From positions 124,001 through 188,000 of IMG/VR virus record IMGVR_UViG_3300021511_000003: a DNA stretch of 64,000 nucleotides. One strand, 5' to 3'. The notes under the pieces are model-generated. The model saw nothing but the letters and a program-made list of their open reading frames with translations. It did no database searches and was not told where the DNA came from. Made by a program: the position numbers and the translations under genes. This document shows positions 1 through 10,896 of this stretch, one piece after another (position 1 is the stretch's first letter; every line of letters begins with the position of its first letter).

Positions 1-158
1 TGAAACAGTTAAAAGCTCATATAGGAATGTGTGCACAAGCAAAGAATCCAAATAAATGTAAAAAACAAGTATTGGATGCAATAAAATTGGATTTAAAGTT
101 GGCAGCTGTTTATGCCAAAAGAATAAAAAAATTGAAACCAAAACTGAAAAAAAATTGA
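1..158 (+). CDS. 3' end of a basic hypothetical protein (partial)
   Basis: Open frame 3 ...KQLKAHIGMCAQAKNPNKCKKQVLDAIKLDL...KN, TGA at 156-158. Confidence 0.6.
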   Translation, partial: KQLKAHIGMCAQAKNPNKCKKQVLDAIKLDLKLAAVYAKRIKKLKPKLKKN

Positions 159-196
159 TAGATTTTATATAAAAAATAAAAACGAAAGGAATTAAA

Positions 197-1483
197 ATGT
201 TAGTTGAGTCGAAACGTGGAATTTGGAGAGAAGACACAATTCAAAGAGATATATTACCAATACCCTCACAAATTATGCGACAATTTGGTATCTCTGCCGA
301 AAATGCAAAACATGTATTGAAATTAGAAGATTTAAGAAAAACACCACCTAATATTATTATTGCTGAAGCAAAAAAGACTTTTGGTTTTATGCAAAATTAT
401 TTCAGTAGACAACAATTAAAAAAGAAACAAAAATATGTAATGGGACTTGGTGTTTTCCAACAACTTTTTAAAGATAGAAAAAATAAAAAAATTAAGTTGT
501 TGAAAGCTACAGTACCAAAATTTAAAAATGTTTATAAGCCATATATTGGTCAGGATATAACTGACAAAACTATTCTTGTATTCCGAACTGGAGGAATAGG
601 TGATCTTCTATTTATTCAACCCAATCTAATATATTTAAAAAACAAATATCCCACATGCAAAATCAAATTTGCCTGTGGTCCGCAATATCAACCTATGGTA
701 AATAATTGGCCTTGTGTTGATGAAGTTTTAGAGTTACCATTCTTATTTAAACATATGATAAAGTCAGATTATCATATGTTATTTGAAGGTGTTATTGAAA
801 GGTGTGAAGAAGCAAGAACGGTAAATTCTTACCATCTTTTTACACGATGGCTTGGGTTAAATTTACCAGATAATTTACTTATCCCAAGACAAGATCCGAA
901 AACAGAACTTATTGATAAATGTTTTAATATATTAACAGAATGGGGGATTGTGAATAAATCATTTGTATTGATGCAGTTACGTGCAAGTTCTCCCATTAGA
1001 ACTCCAACACATGAATTTTGGGTTAAAATTATAGACGAACTGAATGAGAGAGGTCACTATGTTGTTTTAACTGATAGCCCAAGACAATCAGAAAAAATTG
1101 ATGAATTTATTAAAATGTTGAAAAAACCAGAAATGATATTTAACTTTTGTAAACATTCAAAATCTATTGCTTATACAATTGCTCTTACTAAATTAAGTAA
1201 ATGTGTTTACGCTACAGATTCAGCATTGATGCATATTGCTGCATCTATGGATATAAAATGTTTTGGCGTATTCGGGCCATTCCCTGGTTATATTAGATTG
1301 AGTACATATCCTTATGCCTCTTGGGTTGATGCAAAAAGAAAGTGCTCACCATGCTGGATTCATTCACATAAACCTTGTCCACAATCGAAAGATGGTTATA
1401 GTCCCTGTTATGATGAACTTGTAAATACTGATGATAAATTGAAAAAAGTCATTGATAAATTTGAGGATTTATTAAACAGATGA
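197..1483 (+). CDS. Glycosyltransferase family 9 (heptosyltransferase-like)
   Basis: RTGGIGDLLF and DSALMHIAA..GVFGP motifs, C-terminal CSPC cysteine cluster typical of GT9. Confidence 0.85.
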   Translation: MLVESKRGIWREDTIQRDILPIPSQIMRQFGISAENAKHVLKLEDLRKTPPNIIIAEAKKTFGFMQNYFSRQQLKKKQKYVMGLGVFQQLFKDRKNKKIKLLKATVPKFKNVYKPYIGQDITDKTILVFRTGGIGDLLFIQPNLIYLKNKYPTCKIKFACGPQYQPMVNNWPCVDEVLELPFLFKHMIKSDYHMLFEGVIERCEEARTVNSYHLFTRWLGLNLPDNLLIPRQDPKTELIDKCFNILTEWGIVNKSFVLMQLRASSPIRTPTHEFWVKIIDELNERGHYVVLTDSPRQSEKIDEFIKMLKKPEMIFNFCKHSKSIAYTIALTKLSKCVYATDSALMHIAASMDIKCFGVFGPFPGYIRLSTYPYASWVDAKRKCSPCWIHSHKPCPQSKDGYSPCYDELVNTDDKLKKVIDKFEDLLNR

Positions 1484-2430
1484 TTTTATGCGATTATGGG
1501 TGTGGTCGAGAAGCTAAATATCAATTTAAAAATGGTAAATGGTGTTGTAGTAAAAGTAAAAATAGTTGCCCAAAAATGAAGGAATATATGTTTAGAAATA
1601 GAACAGGAAAAAATCATCCTTTATATAATAAAGAACCTTGGAATAAAGGAAAAATAAATATCTATTCTAATATAACACTTCAAAAAATGAAGGAAAATAA
1701 TACTGGTAAAAAATTATCAATTAGTACAAAAGAAAAAATATCTAAATCTTTAAAAAATAGAACCCCTTGGAATAAAGGTAAGACGTATGATGAATTATTT
1801 GGAAGAAAAAAATCTGAAAAATTAAGATTAAAACATAGTATATTTATAAAAAAATTAATCAAAAAAAATAAATATACAACAAATACAATAAGTAAAATTA
1901 AAAATAAATATCCATTATTTTATAAAATTGAAGTAATGAGATATAATCCAAATAAGTCTGTAGAAAAAGAGATTCAAGTACACTGTAAAAATCATAATTG
2001 CCCAAATTCAAAAGAACAAGGTGGTTGGTTTACTCCAACAAAAACTCAACTATATGAACGTATTAGATGTATAGAAAAGAATGGTACTGATAATTCATAT
2101 TTCTATTGTTCTGAAGAATGTAAAAGTGAATGTCCTTTATATAATTCTAAAGGTGGTGATCCATTTAAAGATATTATAAAGCCATATACACAATCTGAAT
2201 ACCAAACTTTTAGAGATTTTGTTTTAAAAAGAGATAATTATAAATGTCAGTATTGTGGTAAAAAAGCAGAACATGTTCATCATGAAAGACCTCAAAAACT
2301 AGAACCATTTTTTGCACTTGATCCTGATCTGACTTGGTCTGTATGTAAAAAGTGTCATTATAAATATGGACATAAAACAAGTACAGAATGTTCAACAGGT
2401 AAATTATCTAATGTTGGTTGTGGAGTTTAA
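1480..2430 (+). mobile_element. Free-standing HNH homing endonuclease with NUMOD3-like repeats
   Basis: N-terminal CDYGCG..KYQFKNGKWCC, PWNKG repeats, C-terminal RDNYKCQYCG..HVHH...CKKCH. Confidence 0.85.
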
Positions 2431-2435
2431 ATAAA

Positions 2436-3272
2436 ATGATTAAAATATTTCTTACAGTAAGAAATAGACTTGCTATAACAAAAAAATGTATTACAGCAAT
2501 TCGAAAACACTCAACACTACCTTATCAACTTTATGTATATAATAATCAAACAAGTTATAAAATTGAAGAACATTTTACATATTTTATGAAATTGTATAAA
2601 AATAAACAGGTTACACAAATTACATTTAACACAGATGCGTCTACATTTAATGCATTTAGTAAAGGTAGTACATGTAATTTTTTTGGCAGGCAACATGAAG
2701 AAGATCCAATGAAGGATAAATATAGTTTTTTAGTAATGCTTGATAATGATATTATCGTAACGCCTGGTTGGGATACAAAATTATTAGCTGCTTGGAAATA
2801 TGTAAATGAAAATAATATTGATAATATTAAAGTAATAGGACAATTACCTGGTGGTATTAAACAAAGAACTGATGTTCTAAAAATAAACCCTGAGTTACAA
2901 GGAAAAAGTGGAAAATTGGGCGGGTCGGGTTTATGGAGTGTTAAACCTAATTTTTTTAGAAATGTTGGTTTTTTAGATTTGAAACTATTAGTTGGTCATA
3001 ATAAAAAACACGATCAATTATATTGGAGGTTATTAGATAGAGCTTCTAAAGGAAAACCATACATTCTTGGTTTAAGAAATAAACTTGGAATACATTGTGG
3101 GAAAATGACAGGGTCGGTCTGTAATAAATTAACTAGAGGTAGAAGTATGGAAATAAATAAAAAACTTAAAACAATTGAATTTGAAAATGCAGATAAAAAA
3201 ATAAATGCTTTAAGTTTTGATGAGTTTTTTAAACTATTAATAAATAATAAAAATTTACAGTCGGATTGGTAA
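2436..3272 (+). CDS. Glycosyltransferase family 2-like
   Basis: N-terminal IFLTVRNRL..TKKCI..YVYNN and LDND (DxD) motif; start moved to ATG 2436. Confidence 0.75.
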   Translation: MIKIFLTVRNRLAITKKCITAIRKHSTLPYQLYVYNNQTSYKIEEHFTYFMKLYKNKQVTQITFNTDASTFNAFSKGSTCNFFGRQHEEDPMKDKYSFLVMLDNDIIVTPGWDTKLLAAWKYVNENNIDNIKVIGQLPGGIKQRTDVLKINPELQGKSGKLGGSGLWSVKPNFFRNVGFLDLKLLVGHNKKHDQLYWRLLDRASKGKPYILGLRNKLGIHCGKMTGSVCNKLTRGRSMEINKKLKTIEFENADKKINALSFDEFFKLLINNKNLQSDW

Positions 3273-3276
3273 CTAT

Positions 3277-4206
3277 ATGGAAAAAGAAAATGCTATTTTG
3301 ATGGGGCCATTTGTAGGTGAGTTGTATTGGGAAGCTGGAAGATTTGCCCCAATGCTTCCAAAAATGTTTAAACAAAATAAAAAAAATCAACCAAAATATA
3401 TAATATTAACTAGATCTGACAGATTTGATTTGTATGGTAAGTTTGCTGATATATTAGTACCTTTAAGAATACCCGGTGATTATAAAGATAAATTTCCAGA
3501 GTGTTTTAGACTTGTTGGTTTTAGTATGGCTGAATATAATAAAATTATAAAAGAGTTTGCACAAAAATATAATGAAAAATATAATATTATAAGACATTTA
3601 TATCCAGATATCAGAAAGGGGAAATTTGTTCAGAAGAATCAATTTTCTAAAAATCAAATGGATTTTACCTTTAGACCAAGAGCTCAAAATTTTCAAATAG
3701 TTAAAAACTATTTACCTACAGATAAACCACTTGTAGTATTAGCTTCTAGATTTAGAAAAGGTTTTAAAAGAAATTGGAATCGTTGGCCTGACTTTTATGA
3801 TCTTATATTTCAAGATGATACTTTAATGAGAGATTTCAATTTTATTATATGCGGTAAGGAAGGAGAATATATTCCTGATAACAAAAATAGATTTTTTGAT
3901 CTAAATCAAATGAAACCAGGAAAGAAATCATCCCTCATTGGTTTATTATTAGTAATATTACAAAACACATTTTTTACATTTGGTTCTCAAAGTGCAATAC
4001 CCAATTTATCATTATTACACAAAGTTGATGTATTAGAATTTGGTTGTCAAAAAATGTATCATACAAGAACATATAATATACACAATAGTCCTATAACTTT
4101 TATTGTGGATAAAAGATATAATATTGCACCAAAACAAATATTTACAAAATTTAAAAGTCTGTTATATCAGAAAAGGAGAATTGAAAATGGCACAACAAAC
4201 AAATAA
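3277..4206 (+). CDS. Putative GT-B-like glycan-modifying protein, paralog of 4416-5180
   Basis: Shares GPFxGELxWE..RFAP and LTRxxRFDLYGxxADILVPLRI with 4416-5180; glycan cluster context. Confidence 0.55.
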   Translation: MEKENAILMGPFVGELYWEAGRFAPMLPKMFKQNKKNQPKYIILTRSDRFDLYGKFADILVPLRIPGDYKDKFPECFRLVGFSMAEYNKIIKEFAQKYNEKYNIIRHLYPDIRKGKFVQKNQFSKNQMDFTFRPRAQNFQIVKNYLPTDKPLVVLASRFRKGFKRNWNRWPDFYDLIFQDDTLMRDFNFIICGKEGEYIPDNKNRFFDLNQMKPGKKSSLIGLLLVILQNTFFTFGSQSAIPNLSLLHKVDVLEFGCQKMYHTRTYNIHNSPITFIVDKRYNIAPKQIFTKFKSLLYQKRRIENGTTNK

Positions 4207-4411
4207 TATATGGATTCAACAAAATAAGGATAAACTTGAAGCTTTAAAAAGACAGTTAATTGAATATAATTATCAAGGATCATATGGTGGTGCAATTGAT
4301 TTAATGAAAGTTAATAATATGATTGATGGAGCAATAATTGAAATTCTAAAACTTCAAACAGAAAATGAGGTTTTGGCTGGAGAAGTTCGAAGACTTACAG
4401 ATAAAGGGTAA
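4187..4411 (+). CDS. Small coiled-coil hypothetical protein
   Basis: AGGAG RBS before ATG 4187; 74 aa. Confidence 0.65.
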   Translation: MAQQTNNIWIQQNKDKLEALKRQLIEYNYQGSYGGAIDLMKVNNMIDGAIIEILKLQTENEVLAGEVRRLTDKG

Positions 4412-4415
4412 ATAA

Positions 4416-5180
4416 ATGAAAGCAAAAGCTTTTTTATTCGGACCATTTATTGGTGAATTATCTTGGGAATTTTTTAGATTTGCCCCTCATGCAATTTACT
4501 TAAAGAAGAAAAATCCGGGGTTGTGTATTATTGTTTTAACTAGAGAATCTCGGTTTGATTTATATGGCCAATATGCTGACATTCTTGTTCCATTGAGAAT
4601 TAAAGATGATTCATCAATGGAAAGAGACTGCTATAAGTTATTGGGTTATAAGGAGGAATATTATAATACACTTGTTAAATATTTTAAAATCAAATTTAGA
4701 AAAAGATATAATATCATAAAACATTATTTTCCGGATATTAGACTTTGGAGATATAAAGTAAAATGGCAAATTCATAGAAATGAAATGAATTATGATTTTA
4801 AACCAAGAAAACCAAATATTGTTATGGCAAATAATGCGATTAATGGTTATATAGGTATAGTTGATAATTTAGAAACAAACGCAAGAACTAATAAAAATAA
4901 TATAATAAAATCAACTACCTTAATTAAAAAACTGCATAAAATAATTGAACCCCAAGCTACACTTATGGGAGGATTGATTGAATCTATTAAAAATGTTAAA
5001 TTTGTAATTGGGACTGTCAATTCTGATATTTCACAATTAGCATTACTATTAGGAATTCCGTTGATTCATATTGGTGAACCAATTACTTTGGATTATGTAA
5101 GTTTAATAAATCCTGGTAAAACACCAGTTATTATTGCCAAAAATATTAATGAAGGAATTAGAATTTATGAAACTATGTGA
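4416..5180 (+). CDS. Putative GT-B-like glycan-modifying protein, paralog of 3277-4206
   Basis: GPFIGELSWEFFRFAPH, RFDLYGQYADILVPLRI. Confidence 0.55.
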   Translation: MKAKAFLFGPFIGELSWEFFRFAPHAIYLKKKNPGLCIIVLTRESRFDLYGQYADILVPLRIKDDSSMERDCYKLLGYKEEYYNTLVKYFKIKFRKRYNIIKHYFPDIRLWRYKVKWQIHRNEMNYDFKPRKPNIVMANNAINGYIGIVDNLETNARTNKNNIIKSTTLIKKLHKIIEPQATLMGGLIESIKNVKFVIGTVNSDISQLALLLGIPLIHIGEPITLDYVSLINPGKTPVIIAKNINEGIRIYETM

Positions 5181-5259
5181 TTATGGGTGTGGTGAAAAGG
5201 CAAATTATGAATTTAAAAATGTGTTACTCAATTACATTTTTAGTAATGGAAAGGTTTAA
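5167..5259 (+). pseudogene. HNH endonuclease N-terminal remnant
   Basis: Encodes MKLCDYGCGEKANYEFKN, matching MILCDYGCGREAKYQFKN of 1480-2430, then stops after 30 aa. Confidence 0.8.
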
Positions 5260-6260
5260 TGACTATGAAAATAATATTTGATTTAAGACGGACTGGGTTA
5301 GGTAATAATGGTGGTTCAATGACATTAATCAGATCGGGTAATGCACTTGTTGATTTGGGTCATAATGTTACATTCATTGATAGTGGAAGGAACCAGCATA
5401 CATGGACTCCATTAAAATCCAAACATATAATATGTAATAGTGATGAAAATATTCCTGATTCTGATTTTATAATCGCTACAGGGTATAAATCGGTTATCCC
5501 AACGGTTCAAGCCCCAAAACGATGTGGTGTTAAAATACATTGGTTAAGAGGTTGGGAAACATGGATTATGCCTGAAAATAGAATAATAGAAACTATTTTA
5601 AAAGCACCAACAATTAAATTGGTGAATAGTATATGTTTACAAAGAAAATTAAAGAGATACGGAGTTGAATCAACAATTATAAGACCTGGTTATGATTTGG
5701 ATGAATTGTATCCAATGAATGTAAGAAATGATCGAAAAATAATAATTCTTGGTGGTCTTTATTCAAAAGGCAAACATTGGAATATTAAACGAACACAGTG
5801 GATTTTTGATGCTTATAATATTTTAAAAAATAAATATGATGTGAAACTATGGATGTTTGGAAATAGTTCAATGTCACATAAAGTTGATAAATATATTCAA
5901 AACCCATCAATTAATCAAAAAAAATATTTTTATAATAATATTAATATTTGGTTAGCGCCAGCTATGCAGGAAGGTTTACATATGCCACCTGCTGAAGCGA
6001 TGATGACCGGATGCCCAGTTGTTGGTACAGAAGCAGATATGTCGGGGATTGAAGATTATTTGGTTCATGGGCGTACTGGTTTTATAGCAGAAAATAATTT
6101 TGAATCATTTTTAGAAAATATTGAAAGATTGATAAATGATGAACCGTTGAGAATATATATGGGTGAATGGTCAAGGGAGATGATAGAACACTTAGGTACA
6201 AGACAATTTAATATGTCAAAACTTATTAAATATTTTATGAGAATTATAAATGATATATAA
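5259..6260 (+). CDS. Glycosyltransferase family 4
   Basis: EGLHMPPAEAMMTGCPVV (Ex7E) motif. Confidence 0.85.
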   Translation: MTMKIIFDLRRTGLGNNGGSMTLIRSGNALVDLGHNVTFIDSGRNQHTWTPLKSKHIICNSDENIPDSDFIIATGYKSVIPTVQAPKRCGVKIHWLRGWETWIMPENRIIETILKAPTIKLVNSICLQRKLKRYGVESTIIRPGYDLDELYPMNVRNDRKIIILGGLYSKGKHWNIKRTQWIFDAYNILKNKYDVKLWMFGNSSMSHKVDKYIQNPSINQKKYFYNNINIWLAPAMQEGLHMPPAEAMMTGCPVVGTEADMSGIEDYLVHGRTGFIAENNFESFLENIERLINDEPLRIYMGEWSREMIEHLGTRQFNMSKLIKYFMRIINDI

Positions 6261-7071
6261 AATAGATGATATTTTGGGGAAATTAGAAAAATGTATAATA
6301 TATAAAATTCCATTTTCACATATCCGGTTTGGTGATGGTGGTATTAAATTTCTTGATGCTATTCTTCGAGGTAATTTTGAACAATTGGAAATTATCATTA
6401 AAAAAGAAGGACTTCCCGCAACAAAAGTTGTTGAAATTTTTGAATTATGGGGTTATTACACAAGGCAAGCTGATTTTATTGATTGTCCTGAAATGTATTT
6501 TGATGATACATTCTGGCCAAGAATTAAAAAAAAAGGAAAATCAATCAATGAAATAACTAAAAGAAAAATGTTACAGTGGCCACAGTTGTATCATGATTCT
6601 GAGTTTGATATTAAAAATTATTGTAATCCAGAATCTAATTATTTAATGACTTTAAGAAGACCTGGAAATAAAAAGAATATTCTTGATTTAATGAAAAATA
6701 GAAAAATTGCTTTAATTACAGCGAAACCAAAAGTTAAAGAATATCTGTCAAAATATTCAATAGATATAATTAAAATTGTGGGTCATTATGAAAATCAATA
6801 TACCAATTCTTATCATGAAGTAATCGATATTATAAAACATCGAGCAACTGAATATGATTTTTGGTTGGTTGCCGCAGGTGAATTAGGACGTATTTATACA
6901 GGTACAATAAAAGAAAATGGTGGTAGAGCCGTTGATATTGGTTATATTGTTGAATTCTGGAGTGGTGAAAGTCTCCATCCGAGATTAACAAGTTTTTTAA
7001 GAAGAAACCCGAATAATAATCTTGAACTACAATTAACAGATGAAGGCATGACTTATATAAAAAATATTTAA
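6250..7071 (+). CDS. GT-D fold glycosyltransferase-like protein
   Basis: FSHIRFGDGG and LVAAG...AVDIG motifs of GT-D (DUF1792-like) domains. Confidence 0.65.
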   Translation: MIYKIDDILGKLEKCIIYKIPFSHIRFGDGGIKFLDAILRGNFEQLEIIIKKEGLPATKVVEIFELWGYYTRQADFIDCPEMYFDDTFWPRIKKKGKSINEITKRKMLQWPQLYHDSEFDIKNYCNPESNYLMTLRRPGNKKNILDLMKNRKIALITAKPKVKEYLSKYSIDIIKIVGHYENQYTNSYHEVIDIIKHRATEYDFWLVAAGELGRIYTGTIKENGGRAVDIGYIVEFWSGESLHPRLTSFLRRNPNNNLELQLTDEGMTYIKNI

Positions 7072-7082
7072 GGGGGAACATT

Positions 7083-7994
7083 TTGCAATTCATATTACCA
7101 GTAGAATCAATTATACAAAATAAAGGTGGTGTGATTTTATATGATCCAATCGCTAATAAAATTCTGAAGCAATATGTTCATGATAAAAAATGGACTCGAG
7201 TTGGATGGCGTGGAGGTAAAGTATATAAAAAATATTTAATTGCAACCGACTGGTCAGATTTACATTATTTTAATATAAAGTCTTGGAAATATGAAAAAAC
7301 ATTTAAAAAGTCAACATTTAATGATCTTCATTATGTTGAAGTATATAATGACAAACTTTATGTAGTTAATACTGGTCTTGATGCAATTGAAATTTTTAAT
7401 ACCCCATTAAACCCACAGTTTGAAAAAATTGAATTCTTATTTGAAAAAAGAGCGGATATTTTTAAACAACGAAACTTTGATTTAAACAAAAACTATAATG
7501 AACTCATGAAAGTGAAACCACATTCATGTCATCCAAATTGTATATCATTTGATAAAAAGAGAATTTTTATTACATGTTTTGGAAAAAACCAAAAACTTAA
7601 TTCAGGAGAAGTTATTGAATTAAATAACAATAAAAAATTATTTAATAGAAGGAATTATGATTGTCATGATGGTATATTTTATAACAATGATTACTATTTA
7701 ACTCATACACGACATGATATTATTCTTGTATATAAGGATTTATATACGAGCAAAATACCAATGGAACCAACTAAAAAAATTAGGATTGGTGGTGGTAAAG
7801 GTTGGTGGAGGGGTATGGTTATTGTTGATGATGTCATATATATATTTGCAAGTGATGGGTACAGAAATAAAAAAACTACAATCAGAATGGCGACAATAAA
7901 TTTAAAAACCAATAAAAAAACAAAAATTAAACTTCCGGTTGTTGATGGTATTCATTGGGATACTATATATCAACCAAATTTTTATGCGGGATAA
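7083..7994 (+). CDS. Hypothetical beta-propeller protein
   Basis: Repeated blade-like motifs (NDLHYV, HPNCI, HDG, WWRG); TTG start with GGGGG RBS. Confidence 0.55.
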   Translation: MQFILPVESIIQNKGGVILYDPIANKILKQYVHDKKWTRVGWRGGKVYKKYLIATDWSDLHYFNIKSWKYEKTFKKSTFNDLHYVEVYNDKLYVVNTGLDAIEIFNTPLNPQFEKIEFLFEKRADIFKQRNFDLNKNYNELMKVKPHSCHPNCISFDKKRIFITCFGKNQKLNSGEVIELNNNKKLFNRRNYDCHDGIFYNNDYYLTHTRHDIILVYKDLYTSKIPMEPTKKIRIGGGKGWWRGMVIVDDVIYIFASDGYRNKKTTIRMATINLKTNKKTKIKLPVVDGIHWDTIYQPNFYAG

Positions 7995-7996
7995 AT

Positions 7997-8764
7997 ATGA
8001 AATTACCTGACTTTATTATTATTGGAGCGGCAAAATGTGGCACCTCTGCACTATTTATGAATTTGGATAAACATCCAGATATATTCATGGGACAAAAAAC
8101 TAAAACTTCAATTGAATTTCATTTTTGGGGTTATCCGAAAAATTATAAAAAAGGACTCAATTGGTATAAGAAAGCGTTTAAAAAAGATAAAGTATGTGGT
8201 GAAAAAAGTATTGAATATTGGGTAAATCATAAATCAATGAAATTAATAAAAAGATACATACCTAATGTTAGATTAATTTTATGTGTAAGGAATCCAGTTG
8301 ATAGAGCGTTTTCAAATTACCAACTGCATCATCGAAAGGGTCGTGTTGGTGCTTTTACATATAAATTATTTAAACAACAAAGTGTATATTACAAAAGAGG
8401 TCTTTATTATAAAGGTTTAGTTACAAGGGTATTGAAATATTTTGATAAAGATCAAATTTATATATGTGTTACTGAACATATGAAACAAAATACAACAGAA
8501 GAAATACGAAAAATATATAAATTTCTTGGGGTTAAAGATTTTGTATTACCAACAAAAAAGATTTCAGGTAATGTTAAAGAGAGGGCATCTAGTTTTGGTG
8601 AGGACTTCATTAAAAGTAGGGAAGAAAAATTTTATCGTGTATGGGATAAAGGTACAATGAAAATGGAACCAGCACTACGAAATCAATTATTACAATATTA
8701 TCGTCAATCCAATGAAGAATTATTTGATTTTTTGGGGTATAGAATTAAGGAGTGGATGAGATGA
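7997..8764 (+). CDS. PAPS-dependent sulfotransferase
   Basis: PDFIIIGAAKCGTSAL (5'-PSB) and VRNPVDRAFS (3'-PB). Confidence 0.9.
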   Translation: MKLPDFIIIGAAKCGTSALFMNLDKHPDIFMGQKTKTSIEFHFWGYPKNYKKGLNWYKKAFKKDKVCGEKSIEYWVNHKSMKLIKRYIPNVRLILCVRNPVDRAFSNYQLHHRKGRVGAFTYKLFKQQSVYYKRGLYYKGLVTRVLKYFDKDQIYICVTEHMKQNTTEEIRKIYKFLGVKDFVLPTKKISGNVKERASSFGEDFIKSREEKFYRVWDKGTMKMEPALRNQLLQYYRQSNEELFDFLGYRIKEWMR

Positions 8765-9546
8765 TTATACATGCTTATTTGACAAGTGGATTTTTTCCTT
8801 GGGCTGAATTATTTCTTAAATCATTAAAGTACCACAATGGTTTATATATACCTGTTGTATTAAGCACAATAGGTTTAACACCAGAACAAGTTGATACATT
8901 ATACAAACATTATAAAAATTTAGATGTTAAAAATGATAATTTTAACATGGTTGAAATGGCAAAGACTGCTCGAATGTCAGTGGATAAATTATTAAGATTG
9001 AAAAAACAAGTAGAAGAAAAACATGTAACTGAACATAATAAAGTATGGAAGTTAATGATCGCTGCTGATGCTCGAGTGAAAAGTATTTTAGGAGTAATGT
9101 TGGAATACACAACAGAAGATTATATATTACATTTTGATATAGATATGTATATACGAGGAGATCTTAAAAAACTCATTGAATTTATAAAATCTAATGATAT
9201 TTCAATCAGATTAAGATTACATTCAAAACCAAGTAGAAAAACAATGATTGGTATACAAGGGTATAAAATAAATAAAACATCAATAAATTTTTTAAAGAAG
9301 TGGATATCATATGTTGAGAGTGTTCCACCTCATAAAAGACTACTTGGGTATGGTCAAACTTCGTGTTGGTATGCATACAAAGATTTTAAAAATAAAGTAA
9401 GGTGGGGGAATATTCCACGAACATTTATTTCACCACAAATGAACGATAAAGATATTATATGGAGTGCTAATACTAAAGAAGGAAAAGTAAGAAATTTAGA
9501 AATTTGTTATGATGATTTCAAAAGGATGACTAAAAATGACAATTGA
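8752..9546 (+). CDS. Putative GT-A nucleotide-sugar transferase
   Basis: ILHFDIDMYI DxD motif, GQ motif near C-terminus, cluster context. Confidence 0.55.
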   Translation: MDEMIIHAYLTSGFFPWAELFLKSLKYHNGLYIPVVLSTIGLTPEQVDTLYKHYKNLDVKNDNFNMVEMAKTARMSVDKLLRLKKQVEEKHVTEHNKVWKLMIAADARVKSILGVMLEYTTEDYILHFDIDMYIRGDLKKLIEFIKSNDISIRLRLHSKPSRKTMIGIQGYKINKTSINFLKKWISYVESVPPHKRLLGYGQTSCWYAYKDFKNKVRWGNIPRTFISPQMNDKDIIWSANTKEGKVRNLEICYDDFKRMTKNDN

Positions 9547-9737
9547 ACTTATAACACCATTTAGTAAATGTAAAGTTGAGAAGGATGTTAAACACGGTAA
9601 AAATCATGTACCCAACATATTACTTTGCATATTTTTGGAATCAAAGAATATATAGAAAGCTTCAAACTTAAAGAAATATTTAGAGATGAACGAATTAACC
9701 TTAATACTATAACAGGAATTTTTAGAAAGAGGTAATT

Positions 9738-10892
9738 ATGAAAATTTTAATATTGGGGTGCGATGGGTATATTGGAAATGCATTAACTCAACGACTTTTG
9801 AAAAAAGGTCATGAAGTTTTTGGCGTTGATAATTTTTTAAGAAGAGAATGGATTCATTCTGATATGGAATCTATATCAGCAATTCCTATACTTTCAATGG
9901 ATGAAAAAAAAGAATTATTTGAATCTATGGGTAAGTTCACATTTGCGTATTGTGATATTATGACGCAACCAGAAAAAATTGAAAATATCATTAGAGATGA
10001 GTGCCCAGGTACTATTGTTAATTTAGCTCACATACCATCAGGACCATATAGTCAAATTTCAAGAGAACATGCAAGCATCACACTTTTGAATAATTACATA
10101 GGAACTAATAATATATTATGGTTTATGAGACAATATTGTCCGAAGTGTCATTATGTCACAATTGGTACAACTGGAGAATATGATCATTATTCTAATATTG
10201 ATATCGAAGAAGGATATATTAAGATAAATCATAAAGGTAGAGAATCTGTAGAAATGATATATCCAAGACGTCCTGGTTCTATTTATCATTGTAGTAAAAC
10301 AGCATCTACATATTTGATTGATTTTCTTACAAGAGCATGGGATTTAAAATGTACTGATATTCAACAATCAGTTGTCTTTGGTGCATATACAGATGAAATT
10401 GATGAAACAAAAGTATTTAGTAGATTCGATAGTGATGAAGCTGGTGGAACTGTTGTGAATAGATTTATAGTTCAGGCTGTGCTGGGTGTACCTCTGACAG
10501 TTTATGGTGAGGGAAAACATCAAAGAGGTTTTCTTTCTTTGAACGATAGTATTCAAGCATTAGAAATAGCTATAAATCATGAAGCAGTCAATGGCAGGGT
10601 ACAAGTTTGGAATCAATTATCAGAATGGCATTCTATGAATGATATTGCTTTAATGGTTTCTGATGTTATTGGTGGAGTTAAAATTGATCATATTAAATCC
10701 CCAAGAAGTGAATATACAGGTGAGCATTATTATAAATATACTGTAAATATATTGAAGAATCTTGACTACAAACCAACGCGAAGTATTAAAAATGAGATAG
10801 AATATGTTTATAATATTCTAAAGCCATTATATGAAAGGGGTATGTTGGAGTGTTTAAGAAATGTTGTAAATCCAAAGATTACATGGAAATAA
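9738..10892 (+). CDS. sqdB: UDP-sulfoquinovose synthase (SqdB/SQD1/Agl3 family)
   Basis: GCDGYIG, GTTGEY, IEEGY, PGSIYHCSK, GTVVNRFIVQAVLGVPLTVYGEGKHQRGFL. Confidence 0.85.
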   Translation: MKILILGCDGYIGNALTQRLLKKGHEVFGVDNFLRREWIHSDMESISAIPILSMDEKKELFESMGKFTFAYCDIMTQPEKIENIIRDECPGTIVNLAHIPSGPYSQISREHASITLLNNYIGTNNILWFMRQYCPKCHYVTIGTTGEYDHYSNIDIEEGYIKINHKGRESVEMIYPRRPGSIYHCSKTASTYLIDFLTRAWDLKCTDIQQSVVFGAYTDEIDETKVFSRFDSDEAGGTVVNRFIVQAVLGVPLTVYGEGKHQRGFLSLNDSIQALEIAINHEAVNGRVQVWNQLSEWHSMNDIALMVSDVIGGVKIDHIKSPRSEYTGEHYYKYTVNILKNLDYKPTRSIKNEIEYVYNILKPLYERGMLECLRNVVNPKITWK

Positions 10893-10896
10893 TATT